This document shows positions 11,490-21,889 of a stretch of DNA of 64,000 nt, in pieces; the stretch's first letter is position 1; every line of letters starts with the position of its first letter. Both the position numbers and the translations under genes were made by a program. The stretch comes from Octopus sinensis (lineage: Eukaryota), in the NCBI RefSeq assembly GCF_006345805.1, contig NC_042997.1, positions 206,956,001 through 207,020,000 on the forward strand, read 5' to 3'. The notes below the pieces were generated by a model. That model had not been told where the DNA came from, ran no database searches, and worked only from the letters and a program-made list of their open reading frames with translations.

Positions 11490-11705
11490 ACAGTCTAGTG
11501 CTTTTTTTATGTTGATAAACCTGGTACTTATTCTATTAGTTTGTTCTTGTGAAACCAGTAAGTTATGGGGATGAAAATAAATGAACAGCAATTGTGAAAC
11601 AGTGATGAGGGCGAATCTCAGAGACAAAGACACACACATACATTTACATATGTACATACGTATAAATACGATTGATTTGTTTCAGTTCCTGTCTACGAAA
11701 TCTAT
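11490..11705 (-). mobile_element. Decayed SINE 3' part
   Basis: Reverse complement resembles the SINE segments at 29420-29605 (gtagac.gaactgaaa) and 35990-36230 (ccc.taactta..tagaataagtac). Confidence 0.6.
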
Positions 11706-11950
11706 CTATCTATATATATATATATATATATAAATATATACACATCTATATGCATACATCTATATACATACATACATCTATATATATATAGGTGAGAGAG
11801 TTGGTGTGTGAAAGCGCGTGGTTAGATGTATAAAAAATAAAAAAGAGTGCAAAAACTACAGAAGTCTTGTTTTATAAGGTTAAAGAATATATTTAAGACG
11901 TTATGTTAGAAAAATGTTATAAAGTTTTGTGTATAGTAATATAGTTTTGG

Positions 11951-11989
11951 GAGAAATAACCGGTTTCGTATAGTCTTTTCAAATTTCTC
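11951..11989 (-). ncRNA. Minimal type I hammerhead motif, U3-A8 variant
   Basis: Minus strand GAGAAAT-TTGAAAA-GACTATAC-GAAA-CCGG-TT-ATTTCTC: 7-bp stem I, palindromic stem III ACCGGT, one-pair stem II. Confidence 0.65.
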
Positions 11990-12071
11990 AAATTTCTTTA
12001 CCTACATCGTGTCATGTCTTCGCTATGAAGTGTCATGTCTTCATAGCGAAGACATGGCACGATGTAGGTAA

Positions 12072-12108
12072 AGAAATATGAATAGAATATACGAAACCGG
12101 TTATTTCT
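12072..12108 (+). ncRNA. Minimal type I hammerhead motif, A3-U8 variant
   Basis: AGAAAT-ATGAATA-GAATATAC-GAAA-CCGG-TT-ATTTCT: 6-bp stem I. Confidence 0.6.
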
Positions 12109-12696
12109 CCAAAAACTATGTTACTATACACAAAAATCTTGCAATTTCGATCAATTGGATCTTGTCCTCCCTCTTGTATAGAAGTGTGGCTACAATCCAG
12201 CCTACCTCTACTTCAGGGGGGATGTTTTAAATTTTTATCCGGGACGTCCTACGTCCCAGATATAAAGGTGAAAATAAAATATTTCCACTTTGCAAGGTTC
12301 GAGTCGAGTACACCCTTGCACGCTCCGTTGACTCGAACCTTGCTTCTTTTGTGGCGAATTTATCGCCTCTGGTTAGATAGCTTTCTTAGTCGCACCGAGA
12401 CACTTTTCGATGGTGCTTCCCTCCAGGTGTTCAAATCTTTTTTTTGTCTCTATATTGTATACTTTATAGACAATAGTCTTTTCTTTAATTTAATTTTTTA
12501 TTTCGTTTGGTGGTGTTATCCTAGATTCACCCTCTTTGTCGGTGATCACTCTGTATTTCTTCCATTTTAATTTCAATGAGTTCGCGCCCGCCGACGGTTG
12601 CAGCAAAATTCATTTTTGGACTTTCTTCTATCGAAGGCATTCTAATAAAAAAGCTTCCGTGTAAACGGTGAAAATATTGTCAATTTCCCCAAACAG

Positions 12697-12850
12697 GGTC
12701 ACAATTCAATTTTTAAACAATAACCAAAGCTCCTTCTCCAAAAGGGGAAGGGTTACAGTTTACAATTACTTAACAAATGAAACACAACAATGTTTCCTTT
12801 ACGAGGAACCAACAAACGTGATAACAAACCTTACGATGAGCCAGAAAGCA
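12697..12850 (+). CDS. Candidate isolated coding exon, possibly from an extracellular protein
   Basis: Acceptor TTTCCCCAAACAG and donor GTAAGC; only one frame is open (VTIQFLNNNQSSFSKRGRVTVYNYLTNETQQCFLYEEPTNVITNLTMSQKA) and it has three N-x-S/T sequons. Confidence 0.35.
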
Positions 12851-13484
12851 GTAAGCAGTTGAAGCTTTAGTCCTTTATGTATAAGAAATAAACCAACAGC
12901 ATTACTCTGTAGGAGTGGCTGTTCGAGAAAACAGATATTACATACAGCCAAACTTCATATAGATACTTAATGCTAGCTAATTAGCAGATAATCTAATGTA
13001 AAAGCACAGCTCCATCTGGACTATTCCATTTCTGCACGCTAATTTTATTTTTAATTTATTCCCATTCATGTGAAACCACTTATTCAAGTTCAAGTCATTG
13101 ATACAATTTTATACCAATTGCTATTTTTACTTTTGTTATGTTACGATTATATTATATTTTAGTTTGATTTTAATTATTACTTACTACATATAATTCAATT
13201 ATTATTATTATTTTTATTGTTAAAGTGAAAGCATCTGACATAAAATAGAGAATTATTTTTGTCTCACTTTTAACACGTAATACTGAAATAGTGGAGAAGA
13301 TATGATATTGCTATGGGCTCGCTCTAGGCAAGAAGTTGAACATTGTTTTTGCCCATGAAAATACATGGGCCCTAAGTAAGGCATGTGTAAAATTTGAATG
13401 AAATTGGTTGTGTAGTTCTCAAGTTTTAGGGAAACACACAGACAGACAGATACACATTCTCAGTTTTATATATAGATAGATTAT

Positions 13485-13514
13485 CGGATACGTCTCCGAA
13501 ACGGCCCGTCGATG
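13485..13514 (+). ncRNA. 3' half of the split hammerhead ribozyme
   Basis: CGGATACGTCTCC-GAAA-CGGCCCG-TC-GATG; GATG pairs with CATC at 10046-10049; GUC triplet. Confidence 0.7.
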
Positions 13515-14028
13515 GAACATTATCTTCGTGTGTTAGTATGTCCTGTTAATGTTGTATAATTTCAAATTTTCCACAGGACTCCGTGTTGTAACTTGTGGAG
13601 CTTTATTATCTTGTATCTTATCGTGTGAATTAATAATTATCGTGTGAATTATTAATCCAGTAAGTCTTATATTATTTTGATATTTTATATTCTGCCTGAG
13701 TATTTATATATATGAACATTTTGAATATTTTTAAATACCTACGAGTTTTTATTTTATATCATATCGACGTTTTATATCTATTTCATATCTATTTGCATAT
13801 CTATTTAAGTATTTATATATTTATAATACCAAAGTATTTTTAAATATTTGCGTATTTTTAAATATTAAATATTTATATGTTTATATAATTGTGTGTTGTA
13901 ATACTGTATTATCAGGAACTCCATGTTGATTTATTAATGTCCAATGAAAGTGCACATATATATTGAATATTCTATGCATAATAGGTCATGTTCCTCTAGT
14001 TTTCCGCTGGTATTACCTCCATTGAAAT

Positions 14029-14029
14029 T

Positions 14030-14093
<64 letters not shown>
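14029..14093. repeat. (CA)n(TA)n compound microsatellite
   Basis: Directly visible. Confidence 0.95.
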
Positions 14094-14098
<5 letters not shown>

Positions 14099-14099
14099 A

Positions 14100-15165
14100 T
14101 GTTACATTACTCGGTAGTCAAGATAAAACTCTAGTTTCAGATGCCGAAGTGGAAATCCACAACACCATCTCTTCGGTTATCTGGCTATTTGAAAACGTTA
14201 TGAAAAAATACCGTTAAATAAAGGGAAATTACTCTGTTATAACTCTGCTTGCCTGCGTACTTATACATCGCTCGCATTTTTCGTCATAAAAATTATATAA
14301 AAATACATAAAAAATATATAAAAAATATATAAAAATATATAAAAATATATAAATTCTTCTTGGGACATAACATAGAAAGCATGTTCTATCTGTTTTCTTT
14401 AGGGGACCAAAAACGTAACAGAAATTTAGTCACATGTGGGCATGATCCGAAAAGCTCTGTCCTTGTATTTAGACATGTAGTAGGGTCTAAGCTGCTTTTC
14501 CAGATAAGCCATCTCTCCATGTCGCATAGACCGCACCTTCCGCTGCCGTTAGTATAGGGCTTACATCTGGCCAAAATCTTCCATTGTACGTTATAATCGA
14601 CACCTTTATCTCTTAAAGACCAAATATGATTAGACAATTGTGTCGCTTTTCTTTTGTTCCAGTGCCTAAAGCTCAAAGTGTGGTTATTGAACCTGGCCTT
14701 GAAATTACCCTCTGTAAGGCCCACGTATTTCTTCGTCGAAACGGTGTCTTTAGTGGTTATAGAGTTTACGGTAGCTTCATATATGATGGTCTTGGACATG
14801 CAAGCTCCATTTAGCGGGCACAATTCTTTATTCCTGCATGAACAGCTGTTTTCTTCTTGTGTTTTTGTATGTTATGTTTGATTATGTTTTTAAAATTGGT
14901 AGTTGAACTAAAACTAATTTTTAAATTGTGTCTATTGAAGAGTTTCCTATAAGTATGGTTAACTGGAAAATGTCTATCTATCAGTGCTAGGAAATATTTA
15001 CCTATATTGAAGGCCACCTCGGGTGAGTAAGGGGGCGTAAACCAGATGACCTTCCTATTTCTATTATTCCTTTTCCTTACTGTTATTCCTTTCTATTATT
15101 CCTTTTCCTCTATTTACATAATATTGAGGTCTCTTTCTTTCTTTTGTTATCTTACCGTTTTATCA

Positions 15166-15220
<55 letters not shown>

Positions 15221-16100
15221 TGTATGTATATTTGTATATATTTATATATATTTTCATGCGCACATACACACACATATATATACATATTTGTGACAGCGTA
15301 TCGGCTGTGTTGAATTGTTGTGAAGTGCATCGTAGATTGCATCGCTGTATTATGCTTTCTGTAGCAAGTCGATGGCGGGTGCATCTTGGTGGTGACGAAG
15401 GTTGTCATTATTTTTTCCTTTGGTTTAGCGACTGTTGATATTCTAGTTCTTTTGTTCGAATCAGCAAAAAATGCAGCGTCATATAGCATCAGCATCTTTA
15501 CAAGGGGTCACCAAGTTGTTGCTAATGCAGTTTCAGAAGGCAGCAATTCTTTTTTTTACGGGGTCATCAATTGTAACGATAAATATTGTTGTTGTTATAA
15601 TTACATACAGTAGGATGTAAAAGATAAACAATGCATGAAGTTTTAAGGAAATGTTTATTTACCGTTACGTTACAATACCCTGCCTTGACGAGCAGGTTTG
15701 ATACATCCAAAAGCATGCGAAGTAAAGTTTGTGTTTGTGTCCTCTTCATTGTTTAGTAGTAGTAATTACAGAGAGAGAGATAGAATGATGTTGTAAGGGA
15801 CAGAATTAGAGCTAGAGAGAATTGTAGGGTGTTGTATTACAGTTGCTTTCTCCCGCTGATCAAGGTTGGTCAGCCAGACCTTGTTGAGTCGTCACGGACT
15901 GTGACTTAACTGATTTTTGCTTGGGATGTACTGGCTTATATAACTATCCAGAAGGATAGATATATAATTGAGAACAATAGATTTAGTTGGTGGTCTTGTT
16001 ATCTCTATTCTAACTTTTGCTGAAGTAGAAGAGGTTAGAAAGGGTCAAGTGGTGAAGACATTTCGGCCTAGCTAAAGGCATCTGGAAAGTGTAAAACTAC
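14100..16100 (-). mobile_element. Penelope-like element, degenerate (RT C-terminus, CxC linker, C-terminal GIY-YIG)
   Basis: RKVIWFTPPYS..FNIGKYFLALIDRHFP..YRKLFNRHNLKISFS (about 14811-15050), ENSCSCRNKELCPLNGAC and a GIY-YIG ORF; hammerhead relic (GCCT..AGGCCGAAA) at about 16055-16085. Confidence 0.85.
14386..14865 (-). CDS. GIY-YIG endonuclease domain of the Penelope-like element
   Basis: CPLNGAC..IIYEATV..KKYVGLTEGNFKARFNNHTLSF..T.LSNHIWSL..YNVQWKIL..CGLC; open through this domain. Confidence 0.85.
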   Translation of the reverse strand, partial: KTQEENSCSCRNKELCPLNGACMSKTIIYEATVNSITTKDTVSTKKYVGLTEGNFKARFNNHTLSFRHWNKRKATQLSNHIWSLRDKGVDYNVQWKILARCKPYTNGSGRCGLCDMERWLIWKSSLDPTTCLNTRTELFGSCPHVTKFLLRFWSPKENR

Positions 16101-16225
16101 TGTCAGAGAAAAACCATTGTTCCACCACGGGAACAGTTCTGTTGCAGCGTTAATTTAAATTTGGCTATGGTGGATCGAATCCACTTCATGCATGCAAGAT
16201 CCACTACATATATATACACACATGT

Positions 16226-16263
<38 letters not shown>

Positions 16264-16301
16264 ACACACAGACATATACACACACATATATATATATACG
16301 T

Positions 16302-19190
16302 ATAGAGGAATTCAAGACGGGTTGCCCCTGGGAGCTCCCCTATGCTGATGACCTTGCCCTCAAAGCCGAATCACTACCGGAACTAGAAAAGAAATTTCTA
16401 GTGTGGGATCTAGGTTTAGAATCAAAAGGCCTTAGAGTCAATGTAGCAAAGGCCAAAGTTATAGTTAGTAGGAAGGCGAACTCATCACACACACCCTCAG
16501 GTAGGTGGCCCTGCTCGATCTGTAGAAAAGGTGTAGGTAGAAACTCCATAACATGTACCGAGTGTAAGCTATGGACACATAAGAGGTGCAGCAACATCAA
16601 AGGAAAATTAGCTGAGAAGATAGCTTTCATGTGCAGCAGATGCACAGGGGCAATAGACACCACAGATGCTCAGAAAACAGATTCCATCACATTTCAGGGA
16701 GAGAAACTAGAAGTAGTTGATAGCTTCTGCTACCCAGGTGACCAAGTTAGTAGTGGAGGTGGATGCTCAGAGTTTGTTGCCACTACAATAAGACTAACCT
16801 GGGCAAAGTTTACAAAGCTTCTACCCCTACTGGTAACAAAAGCCCTCTCACTCAGAGTAAAAGGTAGATTGTACGATGCATTTTTACAAACTGCTATGCT
16901 TCACGGTTGTGAAACATGGGCCGTGACTGCAGAGGACATGCATAGGCTTGAAAGAAATGAAGCTAGCATGATCCGCTTGATGTGTAATGTCAGTGTGCAT
17001 ACACGACAGAGTGTAAGCGTCCTAAGAGAAATGTTGGACATAAAAAGCATCAGATGTGACGTGCAAGAGAGACGTTTGTGTTGGTATGGTCATGTACTAC
17101 GGATGGATGAGGAGAGATGTGTGAAGAAGTGTCACTCCCAAACAGTTGAAGGAATCCGGGGTAGAGTTAGACCCAGGAAGACATGGGATGAGGTGGTCAA
17201 GCATGATCTTCGAACGTTGAGCCTCACAGAGGCAATGACAAAAGACCGAGACCTCTGGAGATAAGCTGTGACAGCGAAGACCCAACAAATAAAGTGAGTT
17301 CACGGCTGTATCCTGCACCAGCTTCACATAACCAGCCCCAGCCCATTCAAAAGTACCTTGGATCGTAGGGCGACCTGCTGTGCTTGAGGAAACCTATTGA
17401 GTCAAGTACATCACCATCAACATAAAATAATTAAATGGAAATTGGTAGTTGTGATACCCGTGCCAGTGGCACGTAAAAAGCACAATCCGAACGTGACCGA
17501 TGCCAGCGGCAATTTCGCTGGCTTCCGCGCCGGTGGCACGTAAAAAGCACAATCCGAACGTGACCGATGCCAGCGGCAACTTCGCTGGCTTCCGCGCCGG
17601 TGGCACGTAAAAAGCACAATCCGAACGTGACCGATGCCAGCGGCAACTTCGCTGGCTTCCGCGCCGGTGGCACGTAAAAAGCACAATCCGAACGTGACCG
17701 ATGCCAGCGGCAATTTCGCTGGCTTCCGCGCCGGTGGCACGTAAAAAGCACAATCGGAACGTGACCGATGCCAGCGGCAACTTCGCTGGCTTCCGCGCCG
17801 GTGGCACGTAAAAAGCACCATCCGAACGTGACCGATGCCAGCGGCAACTTCGCTGGCTTCCGCGCCGGTGGTACGTAAAAAGCACAATCCGAACGTGACC
17901 GATGCCAGCGGCAACTTCGCTGGCTTCCGCGCCGGTGGCACGTAAAAAGCACCATCCGAACGTGACCGATGCCAGCGGCAACTTCGCTGGCTTCCGCGCC
18001 GGTGGCACGTAAAAAGCACCATCCGAACGTGACCGATGCCAGCGGCAACTTCGCTGGCTTCCGCGCCGGTGGCACGTAAAAATCACCATCCGAACGTGAC
18101 CGATGCCATCGGCAACGTCTCTGGCTTCCGCGCCGGTGGCACGTAAAAAGCACAATCCGAACGTGACCGATGCCAGCGGCAACTTCGCTGGCTTCCGCGC
18201 CGGTGGCACGTAAAAAGCACCATCCGAACGTGACCGATGCCAGCGGCAACTTCGCTGGCTTCCGCGCCGGTGGCACGTAAAAAGCACCATCCGAACGTGA
18301 CCGATGCCAGCGGCAACTTCGCTGGCTTCCGCGCCGGTGGCACGTAAAAATCACCATCCGAACGTGACCGATGCCATCGGCAACGTCTCTGGCTTCCGCG
18401 CCGGTGGCACGTAAAAAGCACAATCCGAACGTGACCGATGCCAGCGGCAACTTCGCTGGCTTCCGCGCCGGTGGCACGTAAAAAGCACCATCCGAACGTG
18501 ACCGATGCCAGCGGCAACTTCGCTGGCTTCCGCGCCGGTGGCACGTAAAAAGCACCATCCGAACGTGACCGATGCCAGCGGCAACTTCGCTGGCTTCCGC
18601 GCCGGTGGCACGTAAAAAGCACAATCCGAACGTGACCGATGCCAGCGGCACTTCGCTGGCTTCCGCGCCAGTGGCACGTAAAAAGCACCATCCGAACGTG
18701 ACCGATGCCAGCGGCAACTTCGCTGGCTTCCGCGCCGGTGGCACGTAAAAAGCACAATCCGAACGTGACCGATGCCAGCGGCAACATCGCTGGCTTCCGT
18801 GCCGGTGGCACGTAAAAAGCACAATCCGAACGTGACCGATGCCAGCGGCAACTTCGCTGGCTTCCGCGCCGGTGGCACGTAAAAAGCACAATCCGAACGT
18901 GACCGATGCCAGCGGCAACTTCGCTGGCTTCCGTGCCGGCGGCACGTAAAAAGCACTCACTGATCGTGGCCATTGCCAGCCTCCCCTGGTCCTGTGCCGA
19001 TGGCACGTAAAAAGCACCCACTACACCCACGGAGTGGTTGGCGTTAGGAAGAGCATCCAGCTGTAGAAACACTGCCTGAACAGACTGGAGCCTGGTGCAG
19101 CCTCATAGCTTCCGAGACTCCGATCGAATCGTCCAATCCATGCTTGCTTGGAAAACGGACGTTAGTCGATGATGAGGACGATGATGATAT
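16302..19190 (+). mobile_element. RTE-clade LINE, 5'-truncated, with expanded 3' UTR array and (GAT)n tail
   Basis: EEFKTGCPWELPYADDLAL..C4HC3 insert..YPGDQVSSGGG..GCETW..RLCWYGHVLRM..GRVRPRKTW; 3' end GGCGTTAGGAAGAGCATCCAGC..GGAAAACGGACGTTAG-(GAT)n. Confidence 0.95.
17462..19010 (+). repeat. 67-bp tandem array (about 22 units) in the RTE 3' UTR
   Basis: Unit GCCGGTGGCACGTAAAAAGCAC(C/A)ATCCGAACGTGACCGATGCCAGCGGCAACTTCGCTGGCTTCCGC. Confidence 0.97.
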
Positions 19191-19639
19191 GTATACTAGC
19201 TGATGTTCCCAGTAATTTTCGAGAAAGCGGGGCTTATCCCTTAGTTCCGTTCTCATAATTGTTTCGCTAATCCAATAACAACAATACAAGGTATGTAGCC
19301 CTTAAAAAGGCTTTTGTGCATTTACAGAGAATACAGAACTGTCTTACACAGGATCTTGTTTTTAGGAATTCCCAATAAGTTATGAATACCCAAATTGTGA
19401 GGTCAGTCATGTAATAACATGAAATTAGATACCCGAGAGTGAGAATTCAAATAAAGTAGCCACGCAAAGGGCTTTAATGCGTTCCCAGAGTATATAGAAC
19501 ATAGGAGGAAATACTAATAAGGTACGTATACCAAAATCGTGAAGCATGTTAGATAATAACAGGCTAATCAGATATGAGATAATAACAACTCAAAGTAAAT
19601 AACACAGCAAAGGACTTTTGTTCATTCCCATAGAATATT

Positions 19640-20120
19640 ACCCTCAGGGGCGCTAGTGTTGCTATATTTGTGAATAAGTCACTAACCGAAAAATGTGGAT
19701 CTATTGTTTAGGAAAATACTATTTACTTGTTAAAGGGTTGTACGGGATAAATTGTGAAAATAACTCTAAAAGTTCTAATACTAAGAAATAAGCATACTCA
19801 ATTACATTTTTACCAAATAATTTAGGAAAATGAATGGTTTTTTTTTCCTTTGGCTATATATAAGCAGCTCTTCCAAGGGCGAATGGCTTATTTTCCTTGG
19901 TTTTTAAAATAAAATATATTAGATATATATATATAAGGATCCCTTCCAGGGGCGCTATTATCGATTCTTTTTAACAATCTGAGTATGCCATGAGGCTTCC
20001 AGACATGAGTTCTACTCACGTGTGAAGTTTCATCAAAATCGATAAAACGATGTAGGTGGAGTTAGCTAACAACTCCACAAACACACCTACTGACAGAATT
20101 CCCCACACATGTAGTAGATT
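19640..20120 (+). mobile_element. Possible non-autonomous Helitron-like 3' portion
   Basis: GTGTGAAGTTTCATCAAAATCG..ACAAACACAC..ACAGA..TAGTAGAT resembles the end at about 13380-13480. Confidence 0.4.
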
Positions 20121-20154
20121 TATGTGTGTATAACTCACCCAACAAGAACTCACT

Positions 20155-20394
<240 letters not shown>

Positions 20395-21264
20395 GTGAGG
20401 GAGACAAACGGACAAACAGATAGAGATATATTCTGTGGAATCTCTGCCCTCCTCTCTTTGATCCTTAGCCTTAACTAGAGAATCCTAAACCACAACCCTT
20501 TACCTGATTGACTTTACTCATGCATTTCTTCATTTCTTCACTTTTTACTCTATATTTTCATTTAGTTTTTTCATTATTTTTTACCTGTACTGTATCTTTG
20601 GTTCTCTCCCAGCAGCCAGCATTTCCAAGCCTGGTATAATAAAATGTACACTTTCATCACCTACACCTCAGAAAGAACCAGTCTTGCTGACTCCTATTTT
20701 ACCCCGGACACTGAACATAAATATCATATTACACCCTCTCACAAACTAAATTCTTAACCTAACCTCACCCTTAACGCCCACAACGGCCAATTTTGTTGGT
20801 CATTTTCCCATTTCATGGTAAGCCTCGACAGACTTCAACCACGTCCCTGCTGTATTCTTGGGATATTCTTTTGTTTTTGAAATTATGTTTCATCTGATGA
20901 TTATGGCATTTTGGCAATGAAGTAATGTACTCAAGTTTCTATTAAGAAAATGCACAAGAACCAGCTGTAATGAGCTGACAATTAGTTATCGTCTGTTATT
21001 GTTCATTTGTTTATAAGAGTTACGACTTGTCGGACACCGTAGAGTTTACCAACAGCATACCATCAACGTAATATGTGCTTTGGACCAGCCCCTAGGCACT
21101 AAATATACTCATAGGGTCGGTTTTCTCTGTGTGCACAACTGAATATCATATTTGATACTTACCAACCACAGGCCTGAACCACAGGTTTATCAAATCCTAC
21201 CAGGTGCATATCTTTCCAATGTCCTGATTATATCTGAATCCTTACGATTATGATAATAATATTA

Positions 21265-21480
21265 TTATTATCTCCACCTCAGTGAAGGCGGAGGTATTAT
21301 TTTCAGTCACGTTTGTTTGTTTGTCTGTGAACAAGATATCTCAAGAACCGCTGGATGGATTTGAATGAAACTTTTCGGGATGTTTGGCCTCTTGACTGGC
21401 ACAAACTGATTAGATTTTGGGATCAATACGTTACCGGACAAAGATTCTGGATTATTTTATAGATTTACTTTGCATGAAGT
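21265..21480 (+). mobile_element. Helentron-associated non-autonomous element (HINE/DINE-like) 5' part
   Basis: TTAT..CTCCACCTCAGTGAAGGCGGAGGTATT hairpin, (GTTT)n/GTCTGTGAACAAGATATCTCAAG..GGATGGATTTGAATGAAAC, the usual HINE layout. Confidence 0.6.
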
Positions 21481-21615
21481 ATTACGATCTTATGTTGACG
21501 GTAACCGTAATCCTCTGCCGGCTGCTTCCTTCCCTCTTTTCATATTAAGTACTGAGCATTTGGTAATCCCAAATTCCATACTAATGTCCCTACCTCACTT
21601 CTGTGACTGTTTTGG

Positions 21616-21835
21616 CTAAGGAATCTGTTTTTCAGATTCCCCAAACAATTTCAGATCATCAATAAACAGAAGATGGTTCAATGATGGGCCTTTCTCCCCA
21701 CATTGGTAACCCATCTTAATTTTCCAAAGTCTGATTGTTATGGGTATTATTGCAATTACAAAAAGTAATGGAGAAAATGAGTATCCTTGGAAGATTTCCC
21801 TTTTAATATTAGCTTCTCCAGGGAACACATCACTT
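21616..21835 (-). mobile_element. RLE non-LTR retrotransposon RT fragment
   Basis: IKREIFQGYSFSPLLF..LNHLLFIDDLKLF. Confidence 0.8.
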
Positions 21836-21889
21836 GAGTAATTATCATCATCATCATCATTTTGTAACTGTTCAACATTCGGTATAGTG

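Larger units (their letters stand above)
11925..12135. repeat. Inverted repeat (Penelope-like pseudo-LTR pair) with a hammerhead motif in each arm
   Basis: Arms are reverse complements centred at about 12033; loop duplicates GTGTCATGTCTTC. Confidence 0.85.
10081..13480 (+). mobile_element. Non-autonomous Helitron/Helentron-like element with nested inserts
   Basis: 5' TAGCAGAGGTACCCGGCGTTGCCCG and 3' AAATTTGAATGAAATTGGTTGTGTAG..ACAGACAGACAG..TTTTATATATAGAT resemble non-autonomous Helitron ends; limits are supported by the hammerhead halves on either side. Exact ends uncertain. Confidence 0.6.

Noticed and set aside
12118-12570. 150-aa ORF as a membrane protein
   Set aside because: Hydrophobicity comes from T-rich sequence; it starts inside an inverted repeat and has no motif.
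16161-16301. His/Thr-rich N-terminal extension of the RTE ORF
   Set aside because: Read-through of a flanking (CA)n/(TA)n tract upstream of the 5' truncation point.
17462-19010. CRISPR-like array and the 200-528 aa ORFs over it
   Set aside because: Units are contiguous with no unique spacers and no cas genes; the ORFs arise from a 67-bp stop-poor repeat read through shifting frames.
18930-19010. 67-bp unit as an HDV-like or pistol ribozyme
   Set aside because: A partial P3/L3-like motif exists, but P1/P1.1 cannot be formed, and the possible pseudoknot pairing is not kept in the second array.
20890-20935. Hammerhead at CTGATGA..GAAG
   Set aside because: GAAA is mutated and stems I-III do not pair convincingly.
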